A stretch of 64,000 nucleotides of DNA from positions 192,001-256,000 of the forward strand of contig JAHHIM010000036.1 in assembly GCA_019358915.1 (NCBI GenBank). Reading direction: 5' to 3'. The position numbers and the translations under genes are program-made. Position 1 is the first letter of the stretch. Every line of letters starts with the position of its first letter. The notes beneath the pieces are model-generated. The model made no database searches. It saw nothing but the letters and a program-made list of their open reading frames with translations, and was not told the DNA's origin. The stretch comes from Trichormus sp. ATA11-4-KO1. Lineage in GTDB: Bacteria; Cyanobacteriota; Cyanobacteriia; Cyanobacteriales; Nostocaceae. Of this stretch, positions 1 through 10,789 are shown one piece after another.

Positions 1-221
1 ACAACAACTATTACTCGACTCTTGTTTTGGCTGACAGCTAATCGCCCCAACTGTTCATCACTAAATATTACCTCCTCAATGAAAAATACTCGTCTTTCTG
101 AAGCACAGCGACTTAAAATGTGTTGCAATCTGGGATGAACACAATTCCAAGGTAAGTTAGATAGGCATACTATGTCAGGTGTATCCGAGATAAAAGTAGT
201 AAAACTACGAGTAATTGTCAT
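1..221 (-). CDS. N-terminal part of a glycosyltransferase (GT1/GT4-like, of the type often associated with UDP-galactopyranose mutase); runs off the window edge
   Basis: My own translation from ATG at 221 gives MTITRSFTTFISDTPDIVCLSNLPWNCVHPRLQHILSRCASERRVFFIEE..., resembling the 'DIVCLSHLRWNFVYQRPQHLLSR...RVFFIEEP' N-terminus; GAGGAAA RBS upstream; open to position 1. Confidence 0.65.
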   Translation of the reverse strand, partial: MTITRSFTTFISDTPDIVCLSNLPWNCVHPRLQHILSRCASERRVFFIEEVIFSDEQLGRLAVSQNKSRVIVV

Positions 222-337
222 ATTTTCCTCAGCATACTTGGTATATTTTGAGTTATTTAAAAGTCTGTTAAACGCAGAGGAAAGCGAAGATAAGTGCAGA
301 GGATAAGCAGAGATTTAAGGAAGACGATATGTCTTTA

Positions 338-2194
338 CTATGAGTATTTATGAATTTCTAAATATTTTTCCCAAAAATCTCTATTAGTCAGTTCTGGTAG
401 AGTATCTCTATATTTTTGCTTTAGTTGAGGATATTTAACTAATATTTCCAAAGACAGAAAGATATTTTTACTCAAGATTTTGAAAAATTTACCTCTAGAA
501 AAAGTAACAGCAAAGCCTTCCTGATTGACGAGATTATAATACAAAGCTTTTCTAGATCTAAAAACATTAATAGGTCTGTAATTTTGCATGGGAACAACTT
601 TATATACTTGTTTAGTTAATCTATTGTCTTGATGAAAAAATATAGTAGGTAATAGATGGCCATTTAATATCATAAGTCTGAACCAACGATGAATTGTGTT
701 TTCTGTTTCAACTAGACTTTCTTTATATTTGCCATATATAAAAGGTAATTCGTGATTTTTGACTGGCTTTTCCCCCATACGCATAATTTCTGAATTTTTC
801 TCTTCAGGATCAAGTGCTTTCAAATATTCCGGGCCTTTGAGAAAATCAGCAACAGCCTGAAGAACTATATTTGCACTTTTATATCTATAACAAAATGCCT
901 CTCTCATACTAAATTTAACAAAATACTTGATTGCATCTAGCTTGCTAAAATCATCATTAGTAATAACATTGAAAATTAATTCATTCTTTTTTAAGTAATA
1001 GTTCATCATCGGAGAATATTTATTTTCTAATGCTTCATGCCATACGCATACACCATTTAAAGTAATAATTTTATTATTCAATCTCCTGGGAAATTCCATA
1101 TCATCCATTTTGATAAAAAATGGATATGGTAACTTAGAATTATCTATAATTTGTGTGGGAAAACAAAAGAGCCACCAACCATTGTAAGTAATATATTCTT
1201 CTATTTCGTTGAATAAAATATTTTTTATATCTCTCAAATCCAGATCGGGTTTGAGTCGAATTACTTCTTTGTCCCAAATTGCTCCATTTTCATGCTGAAT
1301 ATACTGATCATCTAACTTCAGCATACTACCACCAAGACATATACTCTCGTCATTAGCCACAGTTTGAAAATTATAAATTCTCTCAAATACTTCTGGCGAT
1401 ATAATTACATCATCATCCATAAATATAATATGAGAAAAATCTGATTTGCGGTTTAAGACCTCAATTATTCCTCTAGTATATCCACCGCTACCACCCGCAT
1501 TTTTGTTACGGATTAAATGTATCCTTGAATTACATATATCCTTGAGAGTTCTACCGTTATCTATAACAAATACTTCAAACTTATCTGCTGTGCTTGGATG
1601 ATTTAGTAAAATTTTTTCTATTAAATTGATATTTTTATATATATAAGCTTCTCTTTTGTAAGTACATATGATAATTGCCATTTTTTTAGTTAATTCTTGG
1701 CGATTATTTATATTTGTCTGAAAATAACCACCTATAAATAAGCAGTTATTTTCTAAAGCCTCTATTTCTAGATAAAGTAATCCTTTATATAAGCTAATAT
1801 CTATATTCTTAAATATACTAACTTCTTCACAATCATTATTAGCAATTAGTTTTTGATCTACTAATCTTTTAAATTGTGTTGCATATTTTATATTTATTAA
1901 ACTTACCTTAAATTTTCCTTTTAAATATAGGTTAATCCCTATTGTTTTCACCTTGGTATATTGTTGCCATTTTTGAATTGAAAAAGAATTAAAATATGTA
2001 TCAAAGTGAATAATTCCCGATTTTTTAAGTTCAACAGTATTCCCTTCGTAATTGAGTACACATTTAGAATTCAATCTCAAGAAAAGTTCTTCTACAGTGC
2101 AAATATCTAAATTTGGTAAAATAATATTTTGCAGTTTAATAGTCGTTTGAGTATTGGTACTATTAAGTATGGGATTTACTAAAAGCTCTGACAT
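338..2194 (-). CDS. GT2 glycosyltransferase, galactofuranosyltransferase GlfT2-like
   Basis: N-terminal LQNIILP...FDTYFNSFSIQKW domain, NAGGSGG, FMDDD (DxD), GWWLFCFP, KMDDMEF and WHE motifs; ATG at 2194 preferred over TTG at 2221. Confidence 0.8.
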   Translation of the reverse strand: MSELLVNPILNSTNTQTTIKLQNIILPNLDICTVEELFLRLNSKCVLNYEGNTVELKKSGIIHFDTYFNSFSIQKWQQYTKVKTIGINLYLKGKFKVSLINIKYATQFKRLVDQKLIANNDCEEVSIFKNIDISLYKGLLYLEIEALENNCLFIGGYFQTNINNRQELTKKMAIIICTYKREAYIYKNINLIEKILLNHPSTADKFEVFVIDNGRTLKDICNSRIHLIRNKNAGGSGGYTRGIIEVLNRKSDFSHIIFMDDDVIISPEVFERIYNFQTVANDESICLGGSMLKLDDQYIQHENGAIWDKEVIRLKPDLDLRDIKNILFNEIEEYITYNGWWLFCFPTQIIDNSKLPYPFFIKMDDMEFPRRLNNKIITLNGVCVWHEALENKYSPMMNYYLKKNELIFNVITNDDFSKLDAIKYFVKFSMREAFCYRYKSANIVLQAVADFLKGPEYLKALDPEEKNSEIMRMGEKPVKNHELPFIYGKYKESLVETENTIHRWFRLMILNGHLLPTIFFHQDNRLTKQVYKVVPMQNYRPINVFRSRKALYYNLVNQEGFAVTFSRGKFFKILSKNIFLSLEILVKYPQLKQKYRDTLPELTNRDFWEKYLEIHKYS

Positions 2195-2229
2195 TTTTTT
2201 ATCCTTGTTGTAAATATTCAACTACAATT

Positions 2230-2991
2230 TTAGAGAGAAGTACTAAAAGTATCAGTAGTCATTGTAGTTTTTAGATACTCTTTAACAACTTTTTTGGCAT
2301 TACCAATTAGTTTAATTTTTCCTTTATCCAACCAAATTACCCTCTCACATGAGTTTTGAATAAACTCCAAATCATGAGAAACTACTAAAACTGTCGCGTC
2401 AGCAGTCCAAAACTTTTCAATTCGTTGCTTACACTTATTTCTAAAACTCTCATCTCCTACCGAAAGTACTTCATCTAAAATCAAAATATCTGGTTGTACA
2501 TCAGTGGCGATCGCAAAGCCTAATCGTGCTACCATACCAGATGATAAAACTTTTACTGGGACTAAAGAATAATCCTGTAATTGAGAAAATTCTAGAATTG
2601 ATGGCACTCTGGCAATCATTTGTTGGCGCGAAAACCCCAACATGACTCCATAAAAGATAATGTTATCAATCACTGAAATTTCAGTATCAAAACCAGCACC
2701 TAATTCAATCAATGGGGCAATTTCTCCTCCTACTCGCACTACTCCTGATGTAGGTTGTAAAATCCCACAAATTACTTTCAAAAGTGTAGATTTACCTGAC
2801 CCATTCGCGCCAATAATACCAATTTTTTTACCTGCTTCCACCTGTAAATTAATTTCATCCAATACTAACTTTCTCGTAGGTTGACGATACCTCCCTTCTA
2901 AAAAAGACAATATTGTTTTCTTCAAGTCATAAGAAAACTCTTCTTGTGTTCGTCTCCATAAAGAAACTTGATCTAGGCGTATTATTTCCAT
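2230..2991 (-). CDS. wzt: Polysaccharide ABC exporter, ATP-binding subunit (Wzt/TagH type)
   Basis: Walker A GANGSGKST, LSSGM signature, ILILDEVLSVGD Walker B; no C-terminal carbohydrate-binding domain. Confidence 0.9.
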   Translation of the reverse strand: MEIIRLDQVSLWRRTQEEFSYDLKKTILSFLEGRYRQPTRKLVLDEINLQVEAGKKIGIIGANGSGKSTLLKVICGILQPTSGVVRVGGEIAPLIELGAGFDTEISVIDNIIFYGVMLGFSRQQMIARVPSILEFSQLQDYSLVPVKVLSSGMVARLGFAIATDVQPDILILDEVLSVGDESFRNKCKQRIEKFWTADATVLVVSHDLEFIQNSCERVIWLDKGKIKLIGNAKKVVKEYLKTTMTTDTFSTSL

Positions 2992-3798
2992 TTACAACAA
3001 ATCCATAAATGAATTTCGCCACCAACGAAAACAACTTAATCCTAGTCCCAAAAAAATTACCCCACTTAAAAGTGCATGTGCGATTAAATTAATATCTGGT
3101 GGTGTTCCTGATAATGAAATCTGGCGAATACTTTCAATTACTGGTAGTAATGGATTTAATAATAAAAATGACTTCACCGATTCTGGAACAATTGCTGCTG
3201 GGTAAAAGATAGGACTACTCAACCACAGCATAAATACAATTAATTCATAGAAGTAAGGTAAATCCCTAAAAAATACAAATAAAGCACTTACTAACAGACT
3301 AATACCACTACATACTAAAATTAAACCAATTAAAGGAAATAAAAGTGCTAACACATTGACGAAGCTTCTAGAGTTAATCAGCGTCATAATTGCCAGTAAT
3401 GGCAAAACACCAATTACAAACTGAAATATATTTGCTGCAATTAATGAAATAGGAAAAATACTCACAGGTAAGCAAATTTTATTTAACAAACCACCATTAT
3501 TAACTACACTCCATAAGGCTTGTGTTGTTGATGCTGAAAAGAAATTAATTACTACTAATCCCGTAAATACTGCCAACACATAGTTAACAATCGAATTGTC
3601 ATAATATGCTGCAAATGCAGTCCCAAATATTGCAGTATACACTCCCGTCATTAGTAACGGATTGATCAGTGACCAATACACTCCCAAAAAAGAACCTCGG
3701 TAACGTACCTTTAAATTTCGGGATACCAAAACTTGTAGTAATTCCCAGTAATGCTGTAGTTTTGAATTTTGTAAATCGACTTTTAATGATAGGAGCAT
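2992..3798 (-). CDS. wzm: Polysaccharide ABC exporter permease (Wzm/TagG type)
   Basis: RNLKVRYRGSFLGVYWSLINPL motif, about 6 hydrophobic segments, abuts wzt; ATG at 3798. Confidence 0.9.
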   Translation of the reverse strand: MLLSLKVDLQNSKLQHYWELLQVLVSRNLKVRYRGSFLGVYWSLINPLLMTGVYTAIFGTAFAAYYDNSIVNYVLAVFTGLVVINFFSASTTQALWSVVNNGGLLNKICLPVSIFPISLIAANIFQFVIGVLPLLAIMTLINSRSFVNVLALLFPLIGLILVCSGISLLVSALFVFFRDLPYFYELIVFMLWLSSPIFYPAAIVPESVKSFLLLNPLLPVIESIRQISLSGTPPDINLIAHALLSGVIFLGLGLSCFRWWRNSFMDLL

Positions 3799-3823
3799 AT
3801 TGAAGTATCCGCTAACAAATCTA

Positions 3824-6166
3824 TTAAACATTGGCTTTATGATTATTTAAACCACTTTGCCAACCAACGCGAATTCCATCAAAAGCTTGTTGAATATAAT
3901 TGATTAAAGTTGAATTAGGAAGACTATGGGTAAATTTAAGGCGGATAATTCTCAACAAACAGCGATAAATGAGTAATGATGTTAAACGAGCAACTAAAAT
4001 AGGAAAGAAAACTTTCTTAAATCCATGTTTTACAGCAAAATAAGTTGTATTCTTTGCCAAAGAATACCAGCAAGTAAGATGTTTCTGATCAATACGATTG
4101 TGACTAGGTTGAGGATAATGATCTACAGATACATCAGCATAGTGAACTTCATATCCTGCCTGAATTAAACGTAAACAAACATCTGTTTCATCAAGATAGT
4201 AATCAAAAAATTCATCGTAGCCGTTGATTTTTTCTAGTATGTCTTTACGGAAAGATGAATTAGTACCCATTAAACCGTTAAACCAAAAGCCATTTGCTTG
4301 GTTATAATTCGCAGCATCATCAGCACGAATAGCAATGGTTTCGCTGAAAATATTGGTAATTCCCCGATGAAATTGTAAGGGATAACCAGGACGAGTTAAG
4401 TCTCTCACTGCGCCGCCAACTGCTGCACATTTTTCTCCACGTTGTGAATAAATGTGTAGCAATTGTTCTATCCATTCAGATGGCGGAACTGCATCATCAT
4501 CAAAAAAAGCCACAATTGAACCTGTAGCTAATTTGATTCCCATATTACGGGAATAACTAATATTTTTAGGCTCAACCTTGAGAAAATTGAGTTTAAAGCT
4601 GTATTTTTTAGATGCCTTACTGACTATTTCACTTGTCTCCATTGTTGATGAAGCATCGATAATAATTACTTCAAAGTTTTGGTAATTAATTAGTGCAATT
4701 GATTGCAGCGCCTTTTCCAGAAAAATCGGGCGATCGCTTGTACAAATTATGATGGAAACTAAAGGATTTAATGAAGTAGATATTGTTTTTGGCATTTGTG
4801 ATAACTTAATTTTGTGAATTTGCCAATATATCTGCCACATCTGATTGATAGTCTTGAGAACTGACTGAATCAGAACTAAAAAATTCAGAGAAACAGGCAC
4901 GTAGCCATTACCTGTAAAGTAGTAAACTTGTTTTGCTAAATTGAGAGCATAAAGTTCAGGTTTTTCACAAGTAACGAGGGCAATATCAACTGGTTTCTTA
5001 AACCAAGCAACTAACCAGAACCACAGACGACTTGTTAATTTATCAGGGAGATACCAGGGAGTTAGTTTTTGCTCTAACTCCATCTTTTTTAAAACCTGAC
5101 TTTGTGAATCATCTTGATAGATAGTAGATTGCACCAAAACTTTGGCTTGTTTATTAATAATTTCTGCTAAAGATAATTCAGTATAATTAAGATTTCCAGG
5201 CATTTTGCCTTGAATACCATTAATGAAATCTTGAAAACCTGCAATAGAAATTTCTGCGAGAAAGTGTCGCCCTGTAGCTGCGTAATAAACTAGTCGAGGT
5301 AAACTTACAATTACCCTTTTTAATAACAGGTTTGGTCGGTGTTTTTGCCAACAGTAACAAAGATTCCGCTCATCGTAATAATTAATCCAGGGGCGGCATT
5401 TAAAGTCAGGCGAATCATGCCAAATAATTGAATGGGGATTAACAGCAACAATCCAACCAGCCTGTTTGGCTCGTAAGCACCACTCTACATCATCAAAGTG
5501 GAGAAAATAATTTTCAAATAAGCCAATTTGTTGCACAACTTGCCGACGAATTAATAGTGATGCAGCTGCACAAACATCTACACTAACGTAAGATTTACCT
5601 TGTAAAATATCTTCATTGCCAATATTACTTTGGTTGGCAAAATTTATTTTTAAATGTGCTTTGGCATCATTGATAAAGCTACCAATTTCTTGAATAGTAT
5701 GAGGTTCCTTGAGCTTGCGAATTTGAGAACCTACTAAGCCAACTTCATCATGATTTTGTAAAGTTTTAATTAGTGAACTGAGAGCTAGAGGATCTAGATG
5801 TACATCATCATCAAGTAGCCAGATGTAATCGTATTCAAGTTGACTAACAACCTGTAAGCCATAGGAAAAACCGCCAGAACCACCTAAATTACTACCTGTT
5901 TGCAGAACCTTGACATTGGCAAAAGAAAATTTTTCTAAATAAGCTTGAGTACCATCATCAGAAGCATTATCTACAACATAAATATCAATTTTGGTCTGAT
6001 ATAGCTTCAGTTTGCAAATATCTTCCAGTAATGAGCAAATATAGTTTAATTTATTATGAGTAACAATTAAAATAGCAACTTTTATGTTACTCACATAAGA
6101 AATGTGGGTTATTGCCTGTGGTTGAGCTAAAAATCCCAAAAAGTAATTTTTCACTTTTGCCAACAC
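3824..6166 (-). CDS. Two-domain GT2 glycosyltransferase
   Basis: Two GT-A domains: VVDNASDDG/WLLDDD/HFDDVEW and VSIIICT/FFDDD/DETDVC. Confidence 0.85.
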   Translation of the reverse strand: MLAKVKNYFLGFLAQPQAITHISYVSNIKVAILIVTHNKLNYICSLLEDICKLKLYQTKIDIYVVDNASDDGTQAYLEKFSFANVKVLQTGSNLGGSGGFSYGLQVVSQLEYDYIWLLDDDVHLDPLALSSLIKTLQNHDEVGLVGSQIRKLKEPHTIQEIGSFINDAKAHLKINFANQSNIGNEDILQGKSYVSVDVCAAASLLIRRQVVQQIGLFENYFLHFDDVEWCLRAKQAGWIVAVNPHSIIWHDSPDFKCRPWINYYDERNLCYCWQKHRPNLLLKRVIVSLPRLVYYAATGRHFLAEISIAGFQDFINGIQGKMPGNLNYTELSLAEIINKQAKVLVQSTIYQDDSQSQVLKKMELEQKLTPWYLPDKLTSRLWFWLVAWFKKPVDIALVTCEKPELYALNLAKQVYYFTGNGYVPVSLNFLVLIQSVLKTINQMWQIYWQIHKIKLSQMPKTISTSLNPLVSIIICTSDRPIFLEKALQSIALINYQNFEVIIIDASSTMETSEIVSKASKKYSFKLNFLKVEPKNISYSRNMGIKLATGSIVAFFDDDAVPPSEWIEQLLHIYSQRGEKCAAVGGAVRDLTRPGYPLQFHRGITNIFSETIAIRADDAANYNQANGFWFNGLMGTNSSFRKDILEKINGYDEFFDYYLDETDVCLRLIQAGYEVHYADVSVDHYPQPSHNRIDQKHLTCWYSLAKNTTYFAVKHGFKKVFFPILVARLTSLLIYRCLLRIIRLKFTHSLPNSTLINYIQQAFDGIRVGWQSGLNNHKANV

Positions 6167-6445
6167 CCAAAATACTTATTTGACTCAAGCTGATTTTTCA
6201 TAGATATCATGAACTCAAAAGATGCATTATTTAAATGCATAATCAAGTCACATAGTTCAAGAATTTAACTTGTTAAAAGTTTGAACTCGTCTGTCTAAAG
6301 AATGATCAGTTGGAATCAAATAAGGTTATCAGGGTAAATTAGGCTACATCTGATAAACTTTGGGTGGATTATTTTAAGATATATTTACTGTCAAATTGCC
6401 TATAATACAAGCACTTTAGCCATATTTCTGGTTGATTTACATCAA

Positions 6446-8566
6446 TTATTGAATGAGACTAACAATGGCTGCCACTAATTCTTCTGGATTAAAAGGCTTA
6501 GATAAATGTATCTGAAATCCTGCTGCTAATGCTTTTTTTTGGTCATTGTTTCCGGCAAAAGCAGTCAAGGCGATCGCGGGAATTTGTCCACCTTCTTCTG
6601 CCGTCCAACTTCTCAATTGACTAATCAGCATATAGCCGTCCATATTAGGCATACTAATATCACTCACCAATACATCTGGCTTTACCTGTTTGAGAGTTTG
6701 TAAGGCTGCAAATGCTGAAGATACTGCCATCACCTCACATCCTTCTTGTTCTAATACAAAAGCCACAAATTCTCGCGAATCAGCATCGTCATCCACAACT
6801 AAAACTTGCACTCCAGTCAGGGATAAAGATTGGGTAGCTAACAATGAAGCATGATTTTGTGCATTAGTCTTACTTAAACTCTCATTTTGGCTTAGTGGTA
6901 ACTGGACAGTAAATGTTGCTCCTTGATCTTCTCCAGCGCTTTCCGCTTTTACAGTACCACCATGCATTTCCACAATATTACGGACAATTGCCAGTCCCAA
7001 TCCTAATCCACCAAATGTTCTCGTAGAACTGCTATCTGCTTGCCGAAAGTAATCAAACACATAGGGCAAAAACTCGGCGCTAATTCCTTTACCTGTATCG
7101 CTAACCACGATTTGAGCATAGCCATCAGCCTGCTTGACTCGTACTTCTATCTTTCCTCTGTTAGGGGTAAACTTGACAGCATTGGAAAGGAGATTCCAAA
7201 CGACTTGCTGCAAGCGCGCAGAATCACCCATAACCTGCCCGACATGCGGTTCAAATATGGGAATAATTTGCATCGACTTGGCTTCTGCCGCTAACCGCAT
7301 TGTCTCTAGTGCAGGTAAGACTACAGATTCTAAGTTGATACTAGTGGTTTTTAGCGCTAGCTTGCCCTGTAAAATTTTTGATATGTCCAGCAAGTCCTCA
7401 ATCAGTTGAACTTGTAAAGTAGCATTACGCTCAATTGTTGCCAGTGCTTGAGTTGTCTTATCTTGGTCAAACTGGCGGCTTTGCAACAACTTAGACCAGC
7501 CCAAAATTGCGTTCAATGGAGTGCGTAACTCATGGGAAAGTACGGCCAGAAATTGATCTTTAATGCGATTAGCTGTTTCTGCTTTAGCTCGTGCTGCTGT
7601 TTCTAATTCCAGTAGTTGCGCTCGTTCTTGTAATATTTGTTTTTGTTCGTGGATATCCGTACAAGTGCCAAACCATTTAACTACACGATTTTGCTCATCT
7701 TTGAGCGGTAAACCCCGTGCTAGTTGCCAGCGATAGGAACCATCAACAGCACGTTTGAAGCGATATTCAATTTCGTATTCAGTACCGCTTTTTACAGCAT
7801 TTGACCACGCTGCAAAAGCTCTTGGTACATCCTCTGGATGTAATGCGGCTAACCAACCAGAACCCAAAGACTGCTCTAATGTTAGCCCGGTATAATCACA
7901 CCAATTTTGATTAAAATAATCACATTCACCATCGGCATTAGTTGTCCAAACCAGTTGAGGAATGGCTTCAGCTAAGTAACGGTAGCGCTCTTCACTTTGT
8001 CTGAGAATTTCTAAAATGCGCTGGCGCTCAGCAACTTCTTGTTGTAATTGCTCGTTGGTTTTAGTAATTTCATGAGTACGAACAGTAACCAATTCCTCCA
8101 GATGATTTTGATATTGTCTCAGTTCTGCTTCTATCCGTAGCCGCTCAGTTATTTGTGTTTGCAGTTCTTGATTTGCTTGTTCTAGTTGAGCAGGACTGGG
8201 AAGTGCCAGTGCTTTTGGAACTAAAGGCAGAAGTGCCACTGCTGTAATCAAAGATATTGTTGCAGTTCCCGCTTTGACTAATCCCGACAGCCAATAGGTG
8301 GGATGCCAAAGTGTCCAAATTGCCATTAAGTGAGTAGTGCCGCAAGCTACGATAAATGCACTAAACAGCAGAAAAATCCAATAAAAAGGTAAATCTTGCC
8401 GCTTGCGGACAAAATAGAACAGTGTAGCGGGAATGGAGTAATAAGCTATTGCAATTAGTGCATCAGATAGTAAGTGTAGCCAAACTAACTTTGTTTGCCA
8501 TAGATAGCAGTGTCCGTGGGGTATAAATGACCCTGAGCTAAATAGATTAATCCATAATTGTGACAT
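6446..8566 (-). CDS. Hybrid sensor histidine kinase with N-terminal ETR1-like (ethylene-binding) membrane domain, PAS, HisKA, HATPase and receiver domains
   Basis: LSDALIAIAYYSIP...FSAFIVACGTTHL, PAS (AIPQLVW...LHPED), LSHELRTPL, NAVKFT, GGLGLGL, VVDDD...SDISMP; ATG at 8566. Confidence 0.9.
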   Translation of the reverse strand: MSQLWINLFSSGSFIPHGHCYLWQTKLVWLHLLSDALIAIAYYSIPATLFYFVRKRQDLPFYWIFLLFSAFIVACGTTHLMAIWTLWHPTYWLSGLVKAGTATISLITAVALLPLVPKALALPSPAQLEQANQELQTQITERLRIEAELRQYQNHLEELVTVRTHEITKTNEQLQQEVAERQRILEILRQSEERYRYLAEAIPQLVWTTNADGECDYFNQNWCDYTGLTLEQSLGSGWLAALHPEDVPRAFAAWSNAVKSGTEYEIEYRFKRAVDGSYRWQLARGLPLKDEQNRVVKWFGTCTDIHEQKQILQERAQLLELETAARAKAETANRIKDQFLAVLSHELRTPLNAILGWSKLLQSRQFDQDKTTQALATIERNATLQVQLIEDLLDISKILQGKLALKTTSINLESVVLPALETMRLAAEAKSMQIIPIFEPHVGQVMGDSARLQQVVWNLLSNAVKFTPNRGKIEVRVKQADGYAQIVVSDTGKGISAEFLPYVFDYFRQADSSSTRTFGGLGLGLAIVRNIVEMHGGTVKAESAGEDQGATFTVQLPLSQNESLSKTNAQNHASLLATQSLSLTGVQVLVVDDDADSREFVAFVLEQEGCEVMAVSSAFAALQTLKQVKPDVLVSDISMPNMDGYMLISQLRSWTAEEGGQIPAIALTAFAGNNDQKKALAAGFQIHLSKPFNPEELVAAIVSLIQ

Positions 8567-8625
8567 AGGCACTCTCAGAAGGAGCAGGGGAAGCAAGGGG
8601 AGGTAGGAGAGGCGAGAGGATTATT

Positions 8626-8862
8626 CAGTAAGTCGGCGAGAAAAAATCAAACTATGTGTTTTGCAATGTAAAATAATTGAAATTCAGTTCGTGGTCAGGG
8701 CTACCCTACGGGTTCTGCGAAGCAGTACAGCCCTTATTTGAGGACTTTAGTCCTCTCTTCTCTACGAGAGGCTGCGCCAACGAGACGCTGCGCGGTAAGC
8801 GCAGCTATGCCCGTCAGGGCTTGACACTACAAACTTTTAATTATTTACGCCGTCCTACTTAA
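8626..8862. mobile_element. Degenerate MITE-like element with nested short dispersed repeats
   Basis: Imperfect inverted ends (AGTAAGTCGGCG...AAA / TTATTTACGCCGTCCTACTTA). The internal 41-nt block ACGCTGCGCGGTAAGCGCAGCTATGCCCGTCAGGGCTTGAC recurs at about 22220-22260. The right part GAGGACT...CTACAAACTTTTAATTATTTAC recurs at about 48251-48290. Confidence 0.55.
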
Positions 8863-9102
8863 ATTAAATTAAACTTGACTACCCCAATATTAAATAAATA
8901 TATATACCTATAATCAATTGAAAATAGGCGCAATTCTCAGGATATTTCAGAATTACGCCGATTTTTGTGAAAATCTAAACATAAACGCACTATTCGGCGC
9001 ACCCCCAATTGCAATCAACCGGATGAGATTTTACATCCTTTACCAATCTTTACTGAGAATGCTAATGGCAATTCAGTTTGACTATTTTGATTTGTGAATT
9101 GC

Positions 9103-9363
9103 TTAAGCTCTCGTTGGTTTCAAAAATAACCAGGCGACAAAGAATGTCGCGGCTGTAAATAGTTGCGTCAAATCCAAAGCAGATAGATAGCCATCTGCAA
9201 ATGAAGCAATACTGCGATCGGTGATGCCAAATACCCAAGACGAGAGGCCAAACAGCCAAATTCCATTCTTGAGATTACCGACAAATTCCTGAGAGTCTGA
9301 TGATTGCTGCTTTTTCATAATCCTCTGCTCCGTTGATGAAGAATTTGGTGCTTGATTAGTCAA
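9103..9363 (-). CDS. Small hypothetical membrane protein
   Basis: 86 aa with two hydrophobic segments (GIWLFGLSSWVFGI; LFTAATFFVAWLFL); start codon uncertain. Confidence 0.65.
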   Translation of the reverse strand: MTNQAPNSSSTEQRIMKKQQSSDSQEFVGNLKNGIWLFGLSSWVFGITDRSIASFADGYLSALDLTQLFTAATFFVAWLFLKPTRA

Positions 9364-9793
9364 AGTTTTTTTTGAACTCCTGATATTGAAGTTACACTTA
9401 TATTAATAAATATTTCATAAGCTTGACTTCACCACCCAAAGGTACATCTAGTTATCTTGACATTCCTACCTTAGGTCTGTCGCCTGCGGAAGACTATCAT
9501 ACGTTGATGAGCATACTTCTCAGCACAGACCTTGAGTTTTTTGGTTACATAAGTGACAAATAATTAGGGAAATTTTATTTAATTTTTTTTATAAAATACT
9601 TCTAAAGACAGATGGATTTTAAGAATTATTAGCAAACAACAATCCAGCCGTCAGAACAAAAAACCTGATCATGACTGAGTAAGTTGAAATCGCTCTGGCA
9701 TAGGCTAAACAGGAAATTAAGTTAACCTAGTATGGAGAGTGCTGAGTGTTAAGTAAAACTTAGTTCAAACCCAAAATAGTAGCAATTAATTTA

Positions 9794-10741
9794 ATGGCCG
9801 CAATCCAGTTCCAAAATCAACCTCATTCACAGCGATCGCCAAAAAGTTCACCGCCACATTTAGGGCTGGTTTGTATCACCATTTCTCAACAAGTGCGCTT
9901 TCGGACAATGACGCGCACACGCTACTTGAAGTTTTCTCTCAGCCAACGTGAAAGCGCCCTGAAAGAACTGTATCGAGATAACTTACAGCGTCTAGATCAA
10001 GCCTTGACTTTTTGTCAGGAAAACAATACTAGGCTGTATCGCATGTCCTCTAATTTATTTCCCCTGAGTGACATGGAAGACGAAATCGGTGCCAACATCT
10101 TAGAAGAAATGAGCGCTGATTTAAGCAAAATCGGTCAAAAGGCGCAAGCATTGGCTATCAGAATGGTTCTACACCCAGATCAATATGTTGTACTGAGTTC
10201 TGATTCTCCCGAAATCGTGCAAACAAGCATCAAAATTTTAGAACGACACGCCCGCACCCTGGACTTACTGGGCTTACCGCGATCGCCTTGGTCATTAATG
10301 AATATTCATGGCGGCAAATCTCAACGCTCAGAACAGCTAATCAAAGTCATCTTAGAATTACCAGCAGCCATTAAAAATCGTTTAACCCTAGAAAACGACG
10401 AATACGCTTACAGTTCTGATGAAATTTTAGCAGTGTGTCAGCAAACCGGCATACCAATGGTATTCGATGCTCATCACCAAATTTGTCACGAAAATTTAGA
10501 TAGCTACGATCATCCAAGCGTAGCAGAAATGTTTTATGCAGCCAGAGAAACTTGGGAAAATCCAGATTGGCAACTAGTCCATATATCCAACGGTGAAACC
10601 GCCTTTAACGACAGAAAGCACAGTAATTTGATCATCGCCATGCCCAGTATCTACCACCAAGCCCCCTGGATAGAAATCGAAGCCAAACACAAAGAAGAAG
10701 CGATCGCTCATTTGCGCTCTTGGTGGCTTATGGGAAAATAA
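9794..10741 (+). CDS. uvsE: UV DNA damage repair endonuclease UvsE/UVDE
   Basis: LGLVC, LYRMSSNLFP, HPDQYVVL, NIHGG, LTLEND, FDAHH, VHIS, EIEAKHKE motifs. Confidence 0.92.
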   Translation: MAAIQFQNQPHSQRSPKSSPPHLGLVCITISQQVRFRTMTRTRYLKFSLSQRESALKELYRDNLQRLDQALTFCQENNTRLYRMSSNLFPLSDMEDEIGANILEEMSADLSKIGQKAQALAIRMVLHPDQYVVLSSDSPEIVQTSIKILERHARTLDLLGLPRSPWSLMNIHGGKSQRSEQLIKVILELPAAIKNRLTLENDEYAYSSDEILAVCQQTGIPMVFDAHHQICHENLDSYDHPSVAEMFYAARETWENPDWQLVHISNGETAFNDRKHSNLIIAMPSIYHQAPWIEIEAKHKEEAIAHLRSWWLMGK

Positions 10742-10789
10742 TTGCATTGAACTTTGCGCCTTTGCGCCTTTGCGTGAGATAAAAAAGAT

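Noticed and set aside
9794..10741. uvsE as part of a UV-defence island with the scytonemin cluster
   Set aside because: It lies about 25 kb away with many unrelated housekeeping genes between; nothing in the sequence supports linkage
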